Made by a program: the position numbers and the translations under genes | From: Eledone cirrhosa | Taxonomy: Eukaryota | Reading direction: 5' to 3' | Assembly (NCBI GenBank): GCA_964016885.1 | Contig: CAXHJY010001709.1 | Location: 1-63,105, forward strand | DNA: 63,105 nucleotides | Notes under the pieces: model-generated | Database searches by the model: none | Told to the model about the DNA's origin: nothing | What the model saw: only the letters and a program-made list of their open reading frames with translations | Shown here: positions 27,001 through 39,195 of the stretch, in pieces | How positions within the stretch are numbered: the stretch's first letter is position 1 | How the letters are laid out: every line of letters starts with the position of its first letter

Positions 27001-29727
27001 AAGTTTATTAAAACTTTTAAACATTAACTTTTCAATCGTCATCACCACCATCGTCATTTAACAACTATTTTCCATGCCTGCATGTGTTGTCACAAACAAA
27101 GGCTAGACTGGTCAGGTGACCAAATCCTCCTTGTACACTGCTTTTGGCTGGGTTTCTACAGCTGAATGTCCTTCCTAATGCCAAACACTTTACAATGTGG
27201 ATCTTTTGATGCAGCACCAGCACTATCACCTTACAGAGCAGGCTGGATGCTTTTTGTCATGGCACAACTTTACAGGGTGGCCACTGTGGCACCTGTATGA
27301 CCAATTGCAGGGTGTACTGGGTGTTTTTGTTGCGGCAGTAGCACTAAAAAATAACAGCCACACAAGCCAAACTTTTCTCATCTAATTATGTGGCTACTTG
27401 AAGCAAATAAACAAGTGATTAATGATGCAAAAGTTCAGTGATAGCAATTAAAATGCTCAATGGCAAAATAGGATATCTTGTCGGAGGATCAAAACTCTGA
27501 AAGCAAGTTAAATCATTCTTACAATAATTATCTGTACCTTCTCATGATCCATGTTTATAACCAGTTAGAGCAAGCCATTACGAGTTGACTAACTTGAAAG
27601 ACATATTGCAGTACCTGTGAGGAGGTACCTTTGGATAGTAGTGCAATGACTTAGTCACTTGAAACTTTTGTCAGGATTGTAAATTATAGAAATATGTAAA
27701 ATTCAAATAACATTCAATGTTTTATTAAAGCTGTTTTGTCTATCATCATAATAAAACATAAGATCATATAGCAATTACTTTGTGCTAAATTTATTTGGGA
27801 AGTGGTAATCTGAGTATATATGTGCTTTGATATCTTCCTCCCTACGATACATATATATTGAAGAAAATTTTGTTTGGATATCGATATACAGGTAAAAATA
27901 GTAATATTTTCAATAAAAAGTAATGAAACAGATACATACTTGAACCAATATTAATATTAGGCATCGACTGACTAATGCACACATCATTTTCCAATAACTG
28001 TGCCTCTGTTGCAGTTTCTACACTGTTGTGTATAGCACTATCTTCCTGCAAGGAATCTACAAGTTATAAAATATTTCTTGTTTTAATTTCTCATATAATG
28101 GAAATCCGAAACAACAAGCATAAACTACATATGCCAATAGGGTTTTTTCTTATTATTTAGACACTTTAATTACAAACCCTACAATAAATTAATCATCATC
28201 ATCATCACCTTTTAATATACACATTCTGTTAAATGATGAGGATGATAATAGATTTATGTTGGCAGGTTTGTAGTTAAGAAAAAAGTAAGAAAAAAAAAAC
28301 TGTATATTGATTAAAACTTAAAAAGTGATTTTAAACCATCAAATAGCTATAAATGCTGTATGAAATAGGATTATTGTTTTAGTGAATAAAAAGTACATTA
28401 GCTATGGTGTCAGCGTATTGTACAATTGGCACATAACTAAGACAAGTTAAGGTGTTTTAAGTGAGTATAATGGATAAAGAGGTTGGTACAACAATTTTGG
28501 CCATGAAATATAAGTTTATATTTATCGATCATTAAAAAAAAGCCAAATAATGGTTTCTCATTAGGTCAGGAATTTGTGAGAAAGGTAAAGTTGATTATAT
28601 TGACCCCCCCCCCCCCCCCCCCAGCTTGACTGGTACTTTATTTTATCAACCTGACCATGGCAAGATTTGAGCTAAAAACAAATATTTGATTATTTTCAAA
28701 ATTAACTGAAACACAGTGTATTTCATTAGAAATACAGTAATGAGTAGGTAAAGAAAAGAAGATCAAGAAAAATAAAAGTGAGTTTAGATATGGTTGCATA
28801 AGCAAGTATATCACAACTACATAAACTCAACTAGGAAAGGAAGTTTAAATGTGAAAGTTAAAATGTCAGAGCTTCAAAAATGGTCATTTGCATAAAATCA
28901 TTAAACTATAATATTTGAATAGGTTGTCTGTGTGTTTCAATTAATAAATTAATGGTTGCTTGCATAATAAAACATTGATCTGTAATTCTTTAATTCTTTC
29001 TAGATTGTATACTGTGTATGTTAAACAATGATAATGATATTTCTAATGAGCAGACCATTGATGTGTTTCAATTAATTTTCAATATAGTCAAGATTTTGGG
29101 GGGGAATTTAGATAAATATCTGTCACTTAAGATATTGGTACATATTATATGGGTATTGGAGAAATTGAAAACTCAGTGTTCAGGTTATGAGATATCAATA
29201 TGAATACATTAGTACAAGTGGTTTCAGGTGGGTTGGTATTAAAGGGGTAAATTTTCACAAATTATGTCCCATAACTTAGCAGTTTGACAAAAAAGAGATC
29301 AATAAGTACCAGATTTGAAAAAATAAAGTACTGGGATTCATATGATTGACTAAATCAAGACAGTTCCCAGCATGACTGCAGTTAAATGACTGAAACATGT
29401 AAAAGAATAAAAGAAGAATATATGTGTTTGTCTGTGTTTATGTCTACACAGCTTATGTTTGTTTATGTCATGTAACTAAGCTCTTAGAGAGAGAGGGAGA
29501 GGAGTGAGAAAGTGATATAGAAGAGGAATCAACTCCAGTATTGAACTGGTACTTTTTCTCTTGACCTTGAAAGAATGAAAGGTAAGTTGATGTAGGCAGG
29601 TTTTGAACTTAAAGAGCAGAGAGCCAGAACAAATATTGCAAAGCTTACTATCCAATGTTCTAATGACTCTGCCAATTCTATGCCTGGTGTTATTACTACA
29701 GTAGCACAAATAAGACAGTATTTCAGG

Positions 29728-29795
<68 letters not shown>

Positions 29796-32700
29796 TCATC
29801 ATTTTATGTCTGCTTTTGTGGTGTAGGTATACTATTAGCTGACAAGTGGGTAGATAAAGTAATCTCAGTGTACAGGGTAAATGCAAGAATCATTAAACTC
29901 AGACTAGTCCTGAATAAGACAATTACCACAATAATATCAGCTTACGCACCCCAATCGGGGCTGCCAGACGAACTTAAGGATAGGTTTTACGAGTCCCTAA
30001 TACACACTACTGCTCTAACAGACGACAAGGACTTCCTAATCATTGCAGGAGATTTTAACGGACACGTAGGTAAACACTGCGACGGCTTCAATAGAGTACA
30101 TGGAGGCCATGGAGTTGGCACAAGGAATGAGGAAGGATTCAGACTTCTAGAATTCTGCGACGCCAATGACATGTCGATATGTAACACAAACTTTAAAAAA
30201 CCCGACAACCACCTGATCACCTATAGATCAGGGGAGCACTCTAGTCAGTTAGATTTTATTCTCATCAGAGGACGTGACAGATGGACGGTCGTAAACACAA
30301 AAGCCTTCCCTAGTGAGGAATGTACATCCCAACATAGCTTAGTTGTCAGCGACCTCACGGTCAGAACTAGACGAGCCCTGAAACAGAGGCCAACCTGGAG
30401 AAGAAAGATCTGGAAGCTGAAAGTCCCCTCAACCAGTAACAGATTTAAAGATATTTTACTCAACGCCTACGACAGTAAAGAAGAACAGATAGAGACATTT
30501 AACGTAGAAGAGAACTGGGAGTTCCTAAAAAATAACTTACTAGAGGCGACGGATGAGGTTTGTGGCTGGAGTAAGACCTCAAGCAGGAGGAGAGTGACTT
30601 GGTGGTGGAACAATAAAGTAGATGAAGCAGTCAAGGCCAAGAGACAGGCATGGAAAGAATGGAAGAACGGGGGGAGCAGGGTACATTACATAGAGACCAA
30701 GAGGGAAGCTAGGCGACAAGTATACTTAGCTAGGAGGGAAGCAGAGGATAGAAAATTCAAGCATGTTTTACAACGTGAGGACCAGAAACAGGAGGTATTC
30801 AAGATTGCGAGGCAGTGTGTCAGAGATAGTTGTGATGTCATTGGAGAGAAGTGTATCCGGAATGATAAAGGTGAGCTTGCCCTCACAAGTGCTGAGAAGA
30901 AAGATGCATGGAAGAGTCATTATGATAGATTACTAAATGAGGAGAATGCATGGGAAGAAGAGACCCTACCCCACGTAGACCCTATAGAGGGACCAGCAGT
31001 ACAAGTCAGCGGCAGCGTAGTAAGTAAGGCAATCAGAGATATGAAGATAGGGAAGGCAACCGGTCCATCGGGTATAGCTGCCGAGATGCTGAAGGCATCT
31101 GGGTCTGTAGGTCACACTATAACCACACGTATCGTTAACCAGGTAATACTAGAGGGGGCCATACCAAAAGATTGGTGCAGTAGCATCATTGTCAACTGCT
31201 ACAAAGGTAAAGGCGATGCACTAGATAGAGGAAACTATAGAGGTATAAAGTTGATGGACCAGGTCATGAAAGTAACAGAAAGAGTTATAGCACAGCTGAT
31301 TAGGGACCGGGTGAATATAGACGAGATGCAATTTGGGTTTGTTCCAGGGAAAGGCACCACTGATGCGCTCTTCCTTGTGAGGCAATTACAGGAAAAGTAC
31401 CTAGCTAAAAGTAAGCCACTCTACTTGGCATTTGTCGACCTTGAGAAAGCCTTTGACAGAGTTCCACGTGCAGTAATCTGGTGGGCTCTTAGAAAACTAG
31501 GAGTAGATGAATGGCTTGTGAAAGCGGTACAAGCCATGTATAGGGGAGCAGTCAGCAAAGTTAGGATTGGCAATGAGTATAGCGAGGAATTTAGCGTACA
31601 GGTTGGGGTCCACCAGGGCTCTGTTCTTAGCCCTCTCCTGTTCATCATAGTCCTGCAGGCAATAACGGAGGAGTTTAAGACCGGATGCCCATGGGAACTC
31701 CTGTATGCTGATGACCTCGCACTCATAGCTGAATCTATGGTAGAACTAGAGAATAAATTCCAAACCTGGAAGCAGGGACTAGAGAGAAAGGGCCTCAAAG
31801 TCAACATGACAAAGACTAAGGTCCTTATAAGTAGACGAGAAAACAGAACCCAGATCCCCTCAGGGAAATGGCCTTGCTCAGTATGTAGGAAAGGTGTAGG
31901 TAGGAACTCCATTCTTTGCCCCAAATGCAAACAATGGGTACACAAGAGATGTAGCGGGATCTCAGGAAGCTTAATTAAGAATGTAGGATTCACATGCAGC
32001 AGCTGTGCTGAAACAGCAAGCAAACAGCCACAGGAAACAAGTACCACCAATCTCTGGGAGGGCCCTGTAGAAACAGTAGACAGCTTCTGCTACCTAGGTG
32101 ACCGAATTAGCAACGGAGGTGGGTGCTCAGAAAGTACAATAACTAGGGTAAGAACGGGATGGAAGAAGTTTAGGGAACTACTACCACTGCTAGCTGCAAA
32201 AGGCTTCTCCCTCAGAATGAAAGGCAGACTGTATGATGCGTGTATCCGAACAGCGATGTTGCATGGTAGTGAGACCTGGGCGCTGAAGGTGGAAGACTTA
32301 CGTAGATTAGAGAGAAACGAAGCCTGCATGCTCCGATGGATGTGTAACAGTAATATACGTGAACGACAAAGCATAAATGAATTGAGAGAGAGACTGAGCA
32401 TAAGAGGAATCAAATGCTGCGTGCAGGAGAGGCGGTTACGCTGGTATGGACATGTGATGCGTATGAAGGATGACAGCTGCATAAAAAGGTGCAGAGCACT
32501 AGAAGTTGATGGAAACCGCGGAGTGGGGAGACCCAAGATGACTTGGGATGAGGTGATAAAAGCCGACCTTACCCAACTACACCTCTCAAAGTCAATGACA
32601 CACGACCGTGACTTCTGGCGTCACGCAGTAATACAGGGTACCCGACCTCCCATGGGTACATGCTGAAGCATATAAACAATATGCCCCCCCCCCCACCGCA

Positions 32701-34743
32701 AGGTGGTCGTGGAGGTGCCACGGCAAAAAAGCACCCAGCCCACACTGTAAAGTGGACGTGTAGGCGCCACGAAAAAGCACCCAGCACTCACTGTAAATGA
32801 GGTTGGTGTTAGGAAGGGCATCCAGCTGTAGAAATCAAGCCAGATCAGTTCCTGTATGAGCAAGGCATGGTCAGCCGACCAGACACTGCCCACAACAGGA
32901 CAACCCGTCTAACCCATGCTAGCGTGGAAGAACGGACGTAAAACGGTGATGATGATGATGATGATGATGATGATATCATCATCATTTTATGTCTGCTTTT
33001 CCCTGCTTGCAATATACATATATATATATAAAGGAAAGAATGTTTCCATTAGTCTTTACATTGCTGATATTATCTGCTGGTTGTAATTCCTGGCAGAAGA
33101 AACAATGTAAAAAAAAGTGTTTTGCTCAAGATCACATCATACCACTTAGTCTAGGAATTGAACCTACAACCTTATGTGAGTCCAACACTCTAATCATACA
33201 CCTTCACAATTTTATATAACTAAAATTCAATATCCTGAGACAAGTGAAAGGAGGAAGATAATAAATATATACATAACTGTTTGTATCCAGAGTTTAGAAT
33301 AGGTACACTATCCCTGCAAGTCATAAGAAGTGATCTGACTGTAAAATATGACCTTAAAAAGTCCTGTCCAACCCACACCAAGACAAGCCAACATAATGAT
33401 AATGATGATGATGATGATGATGATGATAATACATACACAAATAAAAAGTGCAAGGAAAGTAAATGTGCTTTATTTATTGGATTGCTCCAAATAAGAGCTT
33501 CTAAAGCAATGCTCTATTTATATTATGTAGGATGGTTTTGTAGCTGATTTCCTCTAATGTGATCAGGTGAGACACCTATTATGTGATCACTATCACCTGA
33601 GAATAGCATTTCAAAGCAAGACGAGCCATTGAGAGAGAGAGAATGAGAGAGTCTATGTGGTCATTTGACCTGCTAGAAATAGCAGCGAAATCTCCTGTAT
33701 ATAAAACAAAGACATTAGATAATGCCTTACCTTTCATGCATAGATTAAAAAGATGGGTTGATTATGCCTGGAATGCCTCTGTTCATAAATCTGCTTTATC
33801 AGAGTTAACCCGGGGTTAAACTACCACTACCATCACCACTAATATTGATTACAATAATAGTTTCTACATTTGGCACAAAGCCAGTAATTTAAAGGAAAAG
33901 GGGAAAGTCGATTAAATCGACCCTAATGCGTTACTGGTATTTTATTTTATCAACCATGTAAGGATGAAAGGCAAAGCTAACCTCAGCAAGATTTGAACTC
34001 AGAACATAAAGGGCTGCAACTATATGGCACAAAGCATGTTGTCCGACACTACTACTACTACTACTAATACTACTAATAATAATAATAATAATTGTTTCTA
34101 CTTTAGGCACAAGGCCAGCAATTACCCAGTGCATTACTGGTACTTTATTTTATCGACCCCGTAAGGATGAAATGCAAAGTCAACCTCGGCGGGATTTGAA
34201 CTCAGATCGTAAAGGGACTTAACTATGCTGGAAAGCATGGCGTCCGATCCTCTACCGATACTGCCATAATAATGGTTCTTTATTAACCAAAAGGGCTTAC
34301 ATCAAGAAAAACATTATGACAGTACAGGGCGAAAACATAGTGTGTGTATGTGTGTGTGTTGGTGTGTGGTTTTTGTGTGTAAACAAATTTTAACAATGTT
34401 AAAAAAAAGATAATAAAATTAAAACAAAGAAAGTTCCTCAATAGAGAGGACACGTTTGAAGGTAATTCAAGGAAAAAAAACCTCATAAAACCACGGATGC
34501 CCCGATCTTTAGGGTAAGTGCCCTGTCACAGTTGTACTCCTCCAATCTACAAGCTCACACTCAGTGCGGGCCCATCCACATGGGCCATGCACGCTTCTCT
34601 CACCTACCTTTCAACAAATTACTTTGAAAGCAGCACTTCTCTCTCTACCCTGATTTTCCTCCTCAAGTGGAACCTGAAGAAGTTAATCAGGGCTTCTCCA
34701 AAGAGGAAAATGCTCGTCTTCAAACCTTTCAAGTGTGTCCACC

Positions 34744-34779
<36 letters not shown>

Positions 34780-37700
34780 CTGAAATAGAAATAGTAGCTG
34801 TGCCATAACATTGACTACATAATATAGTCTAATAATGCGTGTATAAACCCACTGAACAATAAAAGTTGGGTATCAGCACACCTGTGTTTCAAACCATAGG
34901 CAAGAGCCCTTTCTCCTCTATTCCTTTCAGCCTACATGTGCACACGTAGAGTGTGTTAGATTCACCCGCCTTTTAACAAATATATTGGGGGACAGAACTT
35001 CTTTCTCTACTTTTAACCTTCTTTCCAAGTTGAACTTGAAAAAGTCAACGAGAGTTTGGTTAAAGAGGAATATATCAGTCTTCAGTCCTTCAACCTCATC
35101 CACTATACAAGCTTTTGTGCTATAGCCAGAGAAAAGTTGCTCGACTTTCCTACCCCAAAAAGGCAGCAGGGCAATCATCACAACAGAGTCAGTTTATAGC
35201 CAGACTAGCCAAATTACCCACGCCTTGCTGCGTTTCACCCGTTTTTGTAAGAAAATGATGATTGATTTTAAATCAGTGATATAATTTATGGAGAAAAGCT
35301 CTGCATTTCAATATTACTCAATGTAAAATGTAATGTATGAAAAATTGGAAAACATTATTTTTTGTAATATATCAAATCAAAATTACGTTATTAAATCTTA
35401 TTCTTATTTTGTTTCTTGTAAATAATTTTTTTCAAAATATCAATTCATAACTTGATCATTCATTTTTGTGTAAAGCATTATTTTATTTGGGCTACCAAAA
35501 TTTTCACTATAGGGGGTTTAACCCCCAATAACGTGTCTTAATATTATTGAAATTTGCTGAAATTTTGTGAATAGGCATCATACCTTATCATTTACCTATG
35601 GTTTAAATCTCATACAAATCCAAGGGAAAACATTTTCAGCGGGGGTTTGTGCCCCCGGGAACCCTTTGATTAAAATGAAATATACTTATCCAAGTACCCT
35701 GAGCAATGTAGTTTCAGAATATATATGGTTATAGGGGTCTATCTCCAAAACCATAGGAGGAGTTCGTGAATAAACAAACAAACAGACAGGAACTACAACT
35801 TTATATATATATAGATCTGTCTTACATGCAACAATAGTTGTTTTACAAACTCTAGAAATCAGCAATATACAGACAATGAACAATTGTGGATAGAATGGTT
35901 TCATCACTCTGCATACATTTTAGACAGGCCTGTCTGACAGCACTTACATTCCTATCAAGTTCGCCTCAAACCTGAAGTAACTCCTCCCACACTGCTAGGT
36001 ATTTCTGGAAATTATCCATAGTCCCTGGGCCAAGAGTCCTCCAGAACACAGTAGTCAGTTTGTCCTGGTTGATGCCTAAAGTTTCCTCAAGAACGCAGTC
36101 ATTCTTGCTCACCACTAGTTAGTGGTAATGGACACTAACTGGAAATTTCCACTAACCAAATGGCCCAACTAGTAGAAGACTGAGTGTCTGACAATATTTC
36201 AGATACCAGGCACCCTGTCTCAGTCTTTGTTTGACCCAAGACAGTAGCTCAGTCAAAAAGATGAGCCCTAGAAAGGAATGTTTGCAACCTATCAATAGCC
36301 ACAGCATGGCAAACTCTTTGCACAAAAGGTGCTGGCAGCAGATGAACTGCCTGACCAGTGGAATGTATACCTTCCACAAGAAATAAAGGAGCAGACAGTC
36401 TATTTTGGTGAAACAAGAACAAGGATAAGATAAAATATATAACAGAGTTATTTGGCATCTCTGCCCGACCTTTCAAGGATAACTTCTTGACCCATCTCTG
36501 GTTGATGCTGGCTACTCTGACCATTATCTCATCCTAGTTCCTAACCACTAGGAGGTCCGAGCCAAACCAGAAACCTAGCAACTTAATCGGAATGACTGTC
36601 CAGTGCTTCATGATGTCATTCAATGGTGGCATAGATTTGAATCACCAGGTGCTGAGCTGCAAGCCTACCAACTTGTCCGGATTAATCTTTGCCCATGTCA
36701 CCATTTTGTATTCAATTAGGAAAATGCCAACTATCTCAATTTCTAAGATTTTCACCACCATCAGTGAAACATTGTTTACATAAGCTAACACTGCTCTTCT
36801 GTATCATCAAGCAAGATGGTCTTTAACAGCTCCAGCTTCCATAACAGTGGCTTGAGAGTTAGCACATACAGAAGCAGGGAGAGAAGGCACCTTTAATGGA
36901 CTGAGCTTGTAATCTGAAATGTTTCCAATAGGTAACCATTTACTCTGACCACCGAGCTGTTATATCAAGCTAGCAACCATCTTATGTAAACCCAATCACA
37001 TGCAAGCATATAAAACACATGGAATAATATAAGCAGAATGACATCATGCAAACAAGTTCCAATTTATTTAATTTAATAAATAAATAAAACAAAGAGAGAT
37101 AGAATAAGGAGTAAAAGATACTTACTTGCCGCTTCAGCAGGATGTATTTTAATACGGGGTGCAGCGGGCACTAAATCATATAAGGTACTATTTACAACTG
37201 GCCCTTTTAAACTTTCCTGGGTGAATAAAAAAAGAGAAGGATAAATAAAATACAAAAGAATAAAATATTTAAAAAAAACATACAATACTACATATATAAG
37301 TTAAACCTTTCATTACTGTATTTCTAATGAAATAAAACACACTGCCTATGTGTTTTAATTTATTTTGAAAATAATGCAAAATTTGCAAGAATTCAATAAA
37401 ACAATTACGTTTTTCATTAGTAAGCTGATATTCATAACAAAAATTTCTAAAATAAAATTATAATAGAAGGTTTTGATAAAAGGATAAACATTTTAAAATG
37501 AGTGGTTTTGTATTATAAATCCAGGATGGCTTCAGGTAGTTTGCATTTTTTTTTTTACCAGTAGATACACAATTGTGAACTGATGATTAGCTAAAACAGT
37601 AGAACATCAGACATTGAAAAACATCAGCTCAAGAAATGACTAAAGACATGAAATGTGAATAGATGATACGTACTGGTTAAATAGATATCATGAATTCACA

Positions 37701-38838
37701 TTAAAAGGTAGACAAGATAGAAGAAACCTTTAACGCAATAACCTAATGCAAAATTAAAACAATGGTCCATGGATGAAGATTGTATGTATGGACCTATAAC
37801 TTTAGGTATGAACATAGCTGATTTTTCCAGAGAAAGAGGAACAGAGAGAGGAAGTAAGACAGAAATATAGAGGAAAAATGAACTCCAGTACTGGAATGAT
37901 ACCCTTTTTGTAATGGCATTGAATGGATGAACAACAAAGTTGACCTTGGTGGGATTTGAACCAAGGGTGCAGTGAGTTGGAATGAATACTGCAGTGTTCG
38001 ATCCAATGTTCTAATAACTCAATCAAAAATTGCAGCATTTTAACAACTTAATCAACATGTATGCATTGATATGAAGTGACTACAAGTCATAAAAGGTAAA
38101 ATTTATATCAATATATTAATATAAGATATCCTATCAACTACATCATCTTATAATGAACCTTCCATTAGCTGCAATAATGGACTTGTTAGCATTGATATGA
38201 AGTTAATAGATAAAATTAATAAGACATCAGTCCCTAAACTGTGATATCCCACCAACTACATCATCCTCTAATGAACTATACATAATTAGCTTTGATACTG
38301 ATTAATTTTAGTTGGGAAGGGATATATTCTAATAAGTTGAAATACTCTATATATTTTAAATGTACTTGTAACACATGAACAACAAAAATTAAGTTTTCTT
38401 ACAAATATTTTTGAAGTTTGACCAAGAAAAAAAGATATGATAATGTAAAAGTGGGAAAGAGTTTTATCGATGTTTCTTGACTCTTAGTTCTTATAGAATT
38501 AACACATTTTATCAGAGTAAAGGTCTAATAACAAATGCTAGCAAGGAAAGCAAATGTTAAAATGATGATGTATGTAAAATATGGGCATAAATACTGTCAT
38601 GATGATGAGTAAACAAAAAGAATGACAGAATGAATAATAAAACAGATACCAAATAACAAATGGCTTAATAATTATGCAGGGGACATCATGTTTTGTTATA
38701 TAATCAATTTATTTCTATGAAATTTGCAGAAAATATATCTAAAATAAACACAGAACAAAACAAAACAAAACAATGAATAATACTTACTTTAGTGATTTGA
38801 AGCATCACAATAGTATGTTTTATAGATTCAATCATTGC
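4058..38838 (-). CDS. OSBPL9: Oxysterol-binding protein-related protein 9 (ORP9), partial gene model: 13 internal coding exons; N-terminal PH-domain exons and last exon(s) not seen in window
   Basis: Hand-spliced exons give one continuous frame with GT-AG junctions and matching phases. Peptides closely resemble vertebrate OSBPL9 as recalled ([95 protein letters not shown]). Confidence 0.93.
4275..4530 (+). mobile_element. tRNA-derived SINE (decayed)
   Basis: B-box GGTTCAATCCC followed by a SINE-body-like motif gtgttcttgagcaaaacactt; boundaries approximate. Confidence 0.55.
5888..6010 (-). CDS. OSBPL9: OSBPL9 exon ([41 protein letters not shown])
   Basis: cacag / gtaagt; conserved peptide. 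Confidence 0.95.
6087..6444. mobile_element. Segment bounded by ~30-bp imperfect terminal inverted repeats
   Basis: tgtgttttttcagagagctacagcaatgcaaa ... tttacattgctgtagccttctgaaaaacaca. Confidence 0.55.
6606..6832. repeat. 41-bp minisatellite, ~5.5 copies
   Basis: Unit atgtaaattgtatanttatggaataacagaacagtaattta starts at 6606, 6647, 6688, 6729, 6770, 6811. Confidence 0.95.
7627..7723 (-). CDS. OSBPL9: OSBPL9 exon ([32 protein letters not shown])
   Basis: ttttag / gttagt; conserved peptide. Confidence 0.95.
8180..10110. mobile_element. Back-to-back pair of Helitron-like elements (family H2) forming a ~400-bp inverted repeat
   Basis: 8343-8740 is the reverse complement of 8877-9185 + 9982-10052; outward-facing CGAGCAA..CGGGCCAT subterminal motifs at ~8190-8210 (-) and ~10086-10105 (+); (GTCT)n in the spacer. 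Confidence 0.7.
9186..9981 (+). mobile_element. Complete non-autonomous Helitron (family H1)
   Basis: A|TC 5' end, GC-rich subterminal segment, CTAG|T 3' end, no TSD, internal microsatellites; cleanly splits an arm of the surrounding inverted repeat. Confidence 0.85.
11041..11215 (-). CDS. OSBPL9: OSBPL9 exon ([57 protein letters not shown])
   Basis: ttccag / gttagt; conserved ORD beta-barrel sequence. Confidence 0.95.
12253..12337 (-). CDS. OSBPL9: OSBPL9 exon with OSBP fingerprint ([28 protein letters not shown])
   Basis: ttgcag / gtaaat; EQVSHHPP signature. Confidence 0.95.
12489..13208. mobile_element. Two divergent short elements with RTE-type 3' UTR and (GAT)n tails (12489-~12775 -, ~12858-13208 +)
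   Basis: Share ggaagggcatccagc...catgcaagcatggaa...(gat)n with the RTE 3' UTR; similar copies near 2700-3060, 13590-13860, 14590-14858, 21250-21670, 22520-22915, 27040-27330. Confidence 0.8.
13248..13413 (-). CDS. OSBPL9: OSBPL9 exon ([55 protein letters not shown])
   Basis: ttttag / gtgagt; [13 protein letters not shown] motif. Confidence 0.95.
14957..15119 (-). CDS. OSBPL9: OSBPL9 exon, start of lipid-binding domain ([53 protein letters not shown])
   Basis: tttcag / gtaagt; highly conserved ORD lid sequence. Confidence 0.95.
15196..15416 (+). mobile_element. tRNA-derived SINE, near full length
   Basis: A-box-like TGGCAGTATCGG, B-box GAGTTCAAATCCC, conserved body tttcatcc...gataaaataaagtaccag; related copies at ~4690-4850, 5690-5830, 15915-16075, 23490-23620, 29510-29690, 37880-38000. 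Confidence 0.85.
16365..16394 (-). CDS. OSBPL9: OSBPL9 30-nt acidic micro-exon ([10 protein letters not shown]), phase 1/1
   Basis: Long pyrimidine tract + ttacag, gtaagt donor; acidic peptide where ORP9 has an acidic stretch before the lipid-binding domain. Confidence 0.78.
17410..18165 (-). mobile_element. 3' fragment of an RNase H-containing LINE (I/Nimb/Ingi-like group), decayed
   Basis: Minus strand: [23 protein letters not shown] (RNase H C-terminal motif), TGHILLN...[13 protein letters not shown] (zinc-knuckle region), (TAAA)n tail; interrupts an RTE-tail element. Confidence 0.75.
18562..18671 (-). CDS. OSBPL9: OSBPL9 exon ([36 protein letters not shown]), 110 nt, phase 2/1
   Basis: poly-T + cag acceptor, gtatgt donor, phase fits. 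Confidence 0.82.
19108..19358. mobile_element. piggyBac-like MITE
   Basis: TTAA|CCCTTT...AAAGGG|TTAA ends; related copies at ~10183-10400, 19972-20169, 21790-22092, 23745-23955, 24880-25104. Confidence 0.75.
20543..20915 (-). mobile_element. Two tandem tRNA-derived SINEs
   Basis: Two successive reverse-complement copies of the 15196-15416 family, each with tttgaactcaga (B box). Confidence 0.8.
25527..25722 (-). CDS. OSBPL9: OSBPL9 exon with FFAT motif ([20 protein letters not shown]), 196 nt, phase 1/2
   Basis: tttag acceptor, gtgagt donor; acidic tract + DFYDAEE matches the FFAT (VAP-binding) motif of ORP9. Confidence 0.9.
26480..26700 (+). mobile_element. Old RTE reverse transcriptase fragment
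   Basis: RMQFGFV...[33 protein letters not shown]. Confidence 0.8.
27940..28056 (-). CDS. OSBPL9: OSBPL9 linker exon ([38 protein letters not shown]), 117 nt, phase 1/1
   Basis: ttgtag acceptor, gtatgt donor, open frame; symmetric phase so it could be a cassette exon. Confidence 0.7.
29818..32974 (+). mobile_element. Young RTE LINE (family A), slightly 5'-truncated, uninterrupted ORF to 32666, 26-bp target-site duplication
   Basis: APE motifs (SAYAPQ, AGDFNGH, QLDFIL), RT motifs ([23 protein letters not shown]), GRPKMTW C-terminus, (GAT)n tail; TSD atcatcatcattttatgtctgctttt at 29792-29817 and 32975-33000. Confidence 0.97.
33853..34266 (-). mobile_element. Two tandem tRNA-derived SINEs with (AAT)n/(ACT)n spacer
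   Basis: Reverse-complement copies of the 15196 family; ggcgggatttgaactc B box. Confidence 0.8.
34400..36900 (-). mobile_element. Decayed L1/Tx1-like LINE remnants (two 3' ends), split by a Helitron
   Basis: Minus-strand peptides LAYVNNVSL (decayed YADD region), [33 protein letters not shown]; C-terminal GLKT.IFLF...FF.F.L.R...VE.EVL present twice (34590-34744, 34960-35090). Confidence 0.65.
35205..35815 (-). mobile_element. Complete non-autonomous Helitron (third family)
   Basis: Minus strand A|TCTATATATATATAAAG...(GTTT)n ... CGCAGCAAGGCGTGGGTAATTTGGCTAG|T. Confidence 0.85.
37126..37216 (-). CDS. OSBPL9: OSBPL9 linker exon ([30 protein letters not shown]), 91 nt, phase 0/1
   Basis: Polypyrimidine tract + ccag, gtaagt donor, open frame, phase fits neighbours; poorly conserved peptide. 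Confidence 0.75.
38788..38838 (-). CDS. OSBPL9: OSBPL9 exon ([17 protein letters not shown]), 51 nt, phase 0/0
   Basis: tttacag acceptor, gtaagt donor; resembles the ORP9 segment SMVESIKHCIVLLQIAK. Confidence 0.88.
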
Positions 38839-39195
38839 CTGTAAATTATAAAAACAGGGAATATGAGATGTGGTGAAGACAAGAAAAGAAGTAAAATGTT
38901 AAAGAGGTGCTAGGTTAATCAATTGCTCAGTTAACAGAGAAGTATTTCCAGTTAAGTAAATGTATCAACAATTAGAAAGTTTAAAGGGAGGGCTTTTTAG
39001 TGTTGGTGCCACTATAAAATGTTGTTGGTAGAGCTTGTAATCATATGTTGGACCCCTAAATTAGAAATCAATATAATATTTATTTCTTATACAGGCCTAT
39101 ATGTACAGTGAAATTTTACTAAGTGTTTTTATAAAACCTCAACATTTTAATTTCAAACGAGTCTATTTAGTTTTCTAGTACATATTAACCAGAGT

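Noticed and set aside
29730-29817. N-terminus [10 protein letters not shown]... of the 978-aa ORF
   Set aside because: Flanking microsatellite and TSD; the element starts at 29818 and lacks endonuclease motif I and its own start
31421-32536. Antisense ORFs of 148-209 aa repeated in each RTE copy
   Set aside because: Shadows of the RT frame; they recur only because the element is repeated
38040-38285. Imperfect ~125-bp local direct duplication
   Set aside because: Ordinary diverged intronic duplication with no other distinguishing signal
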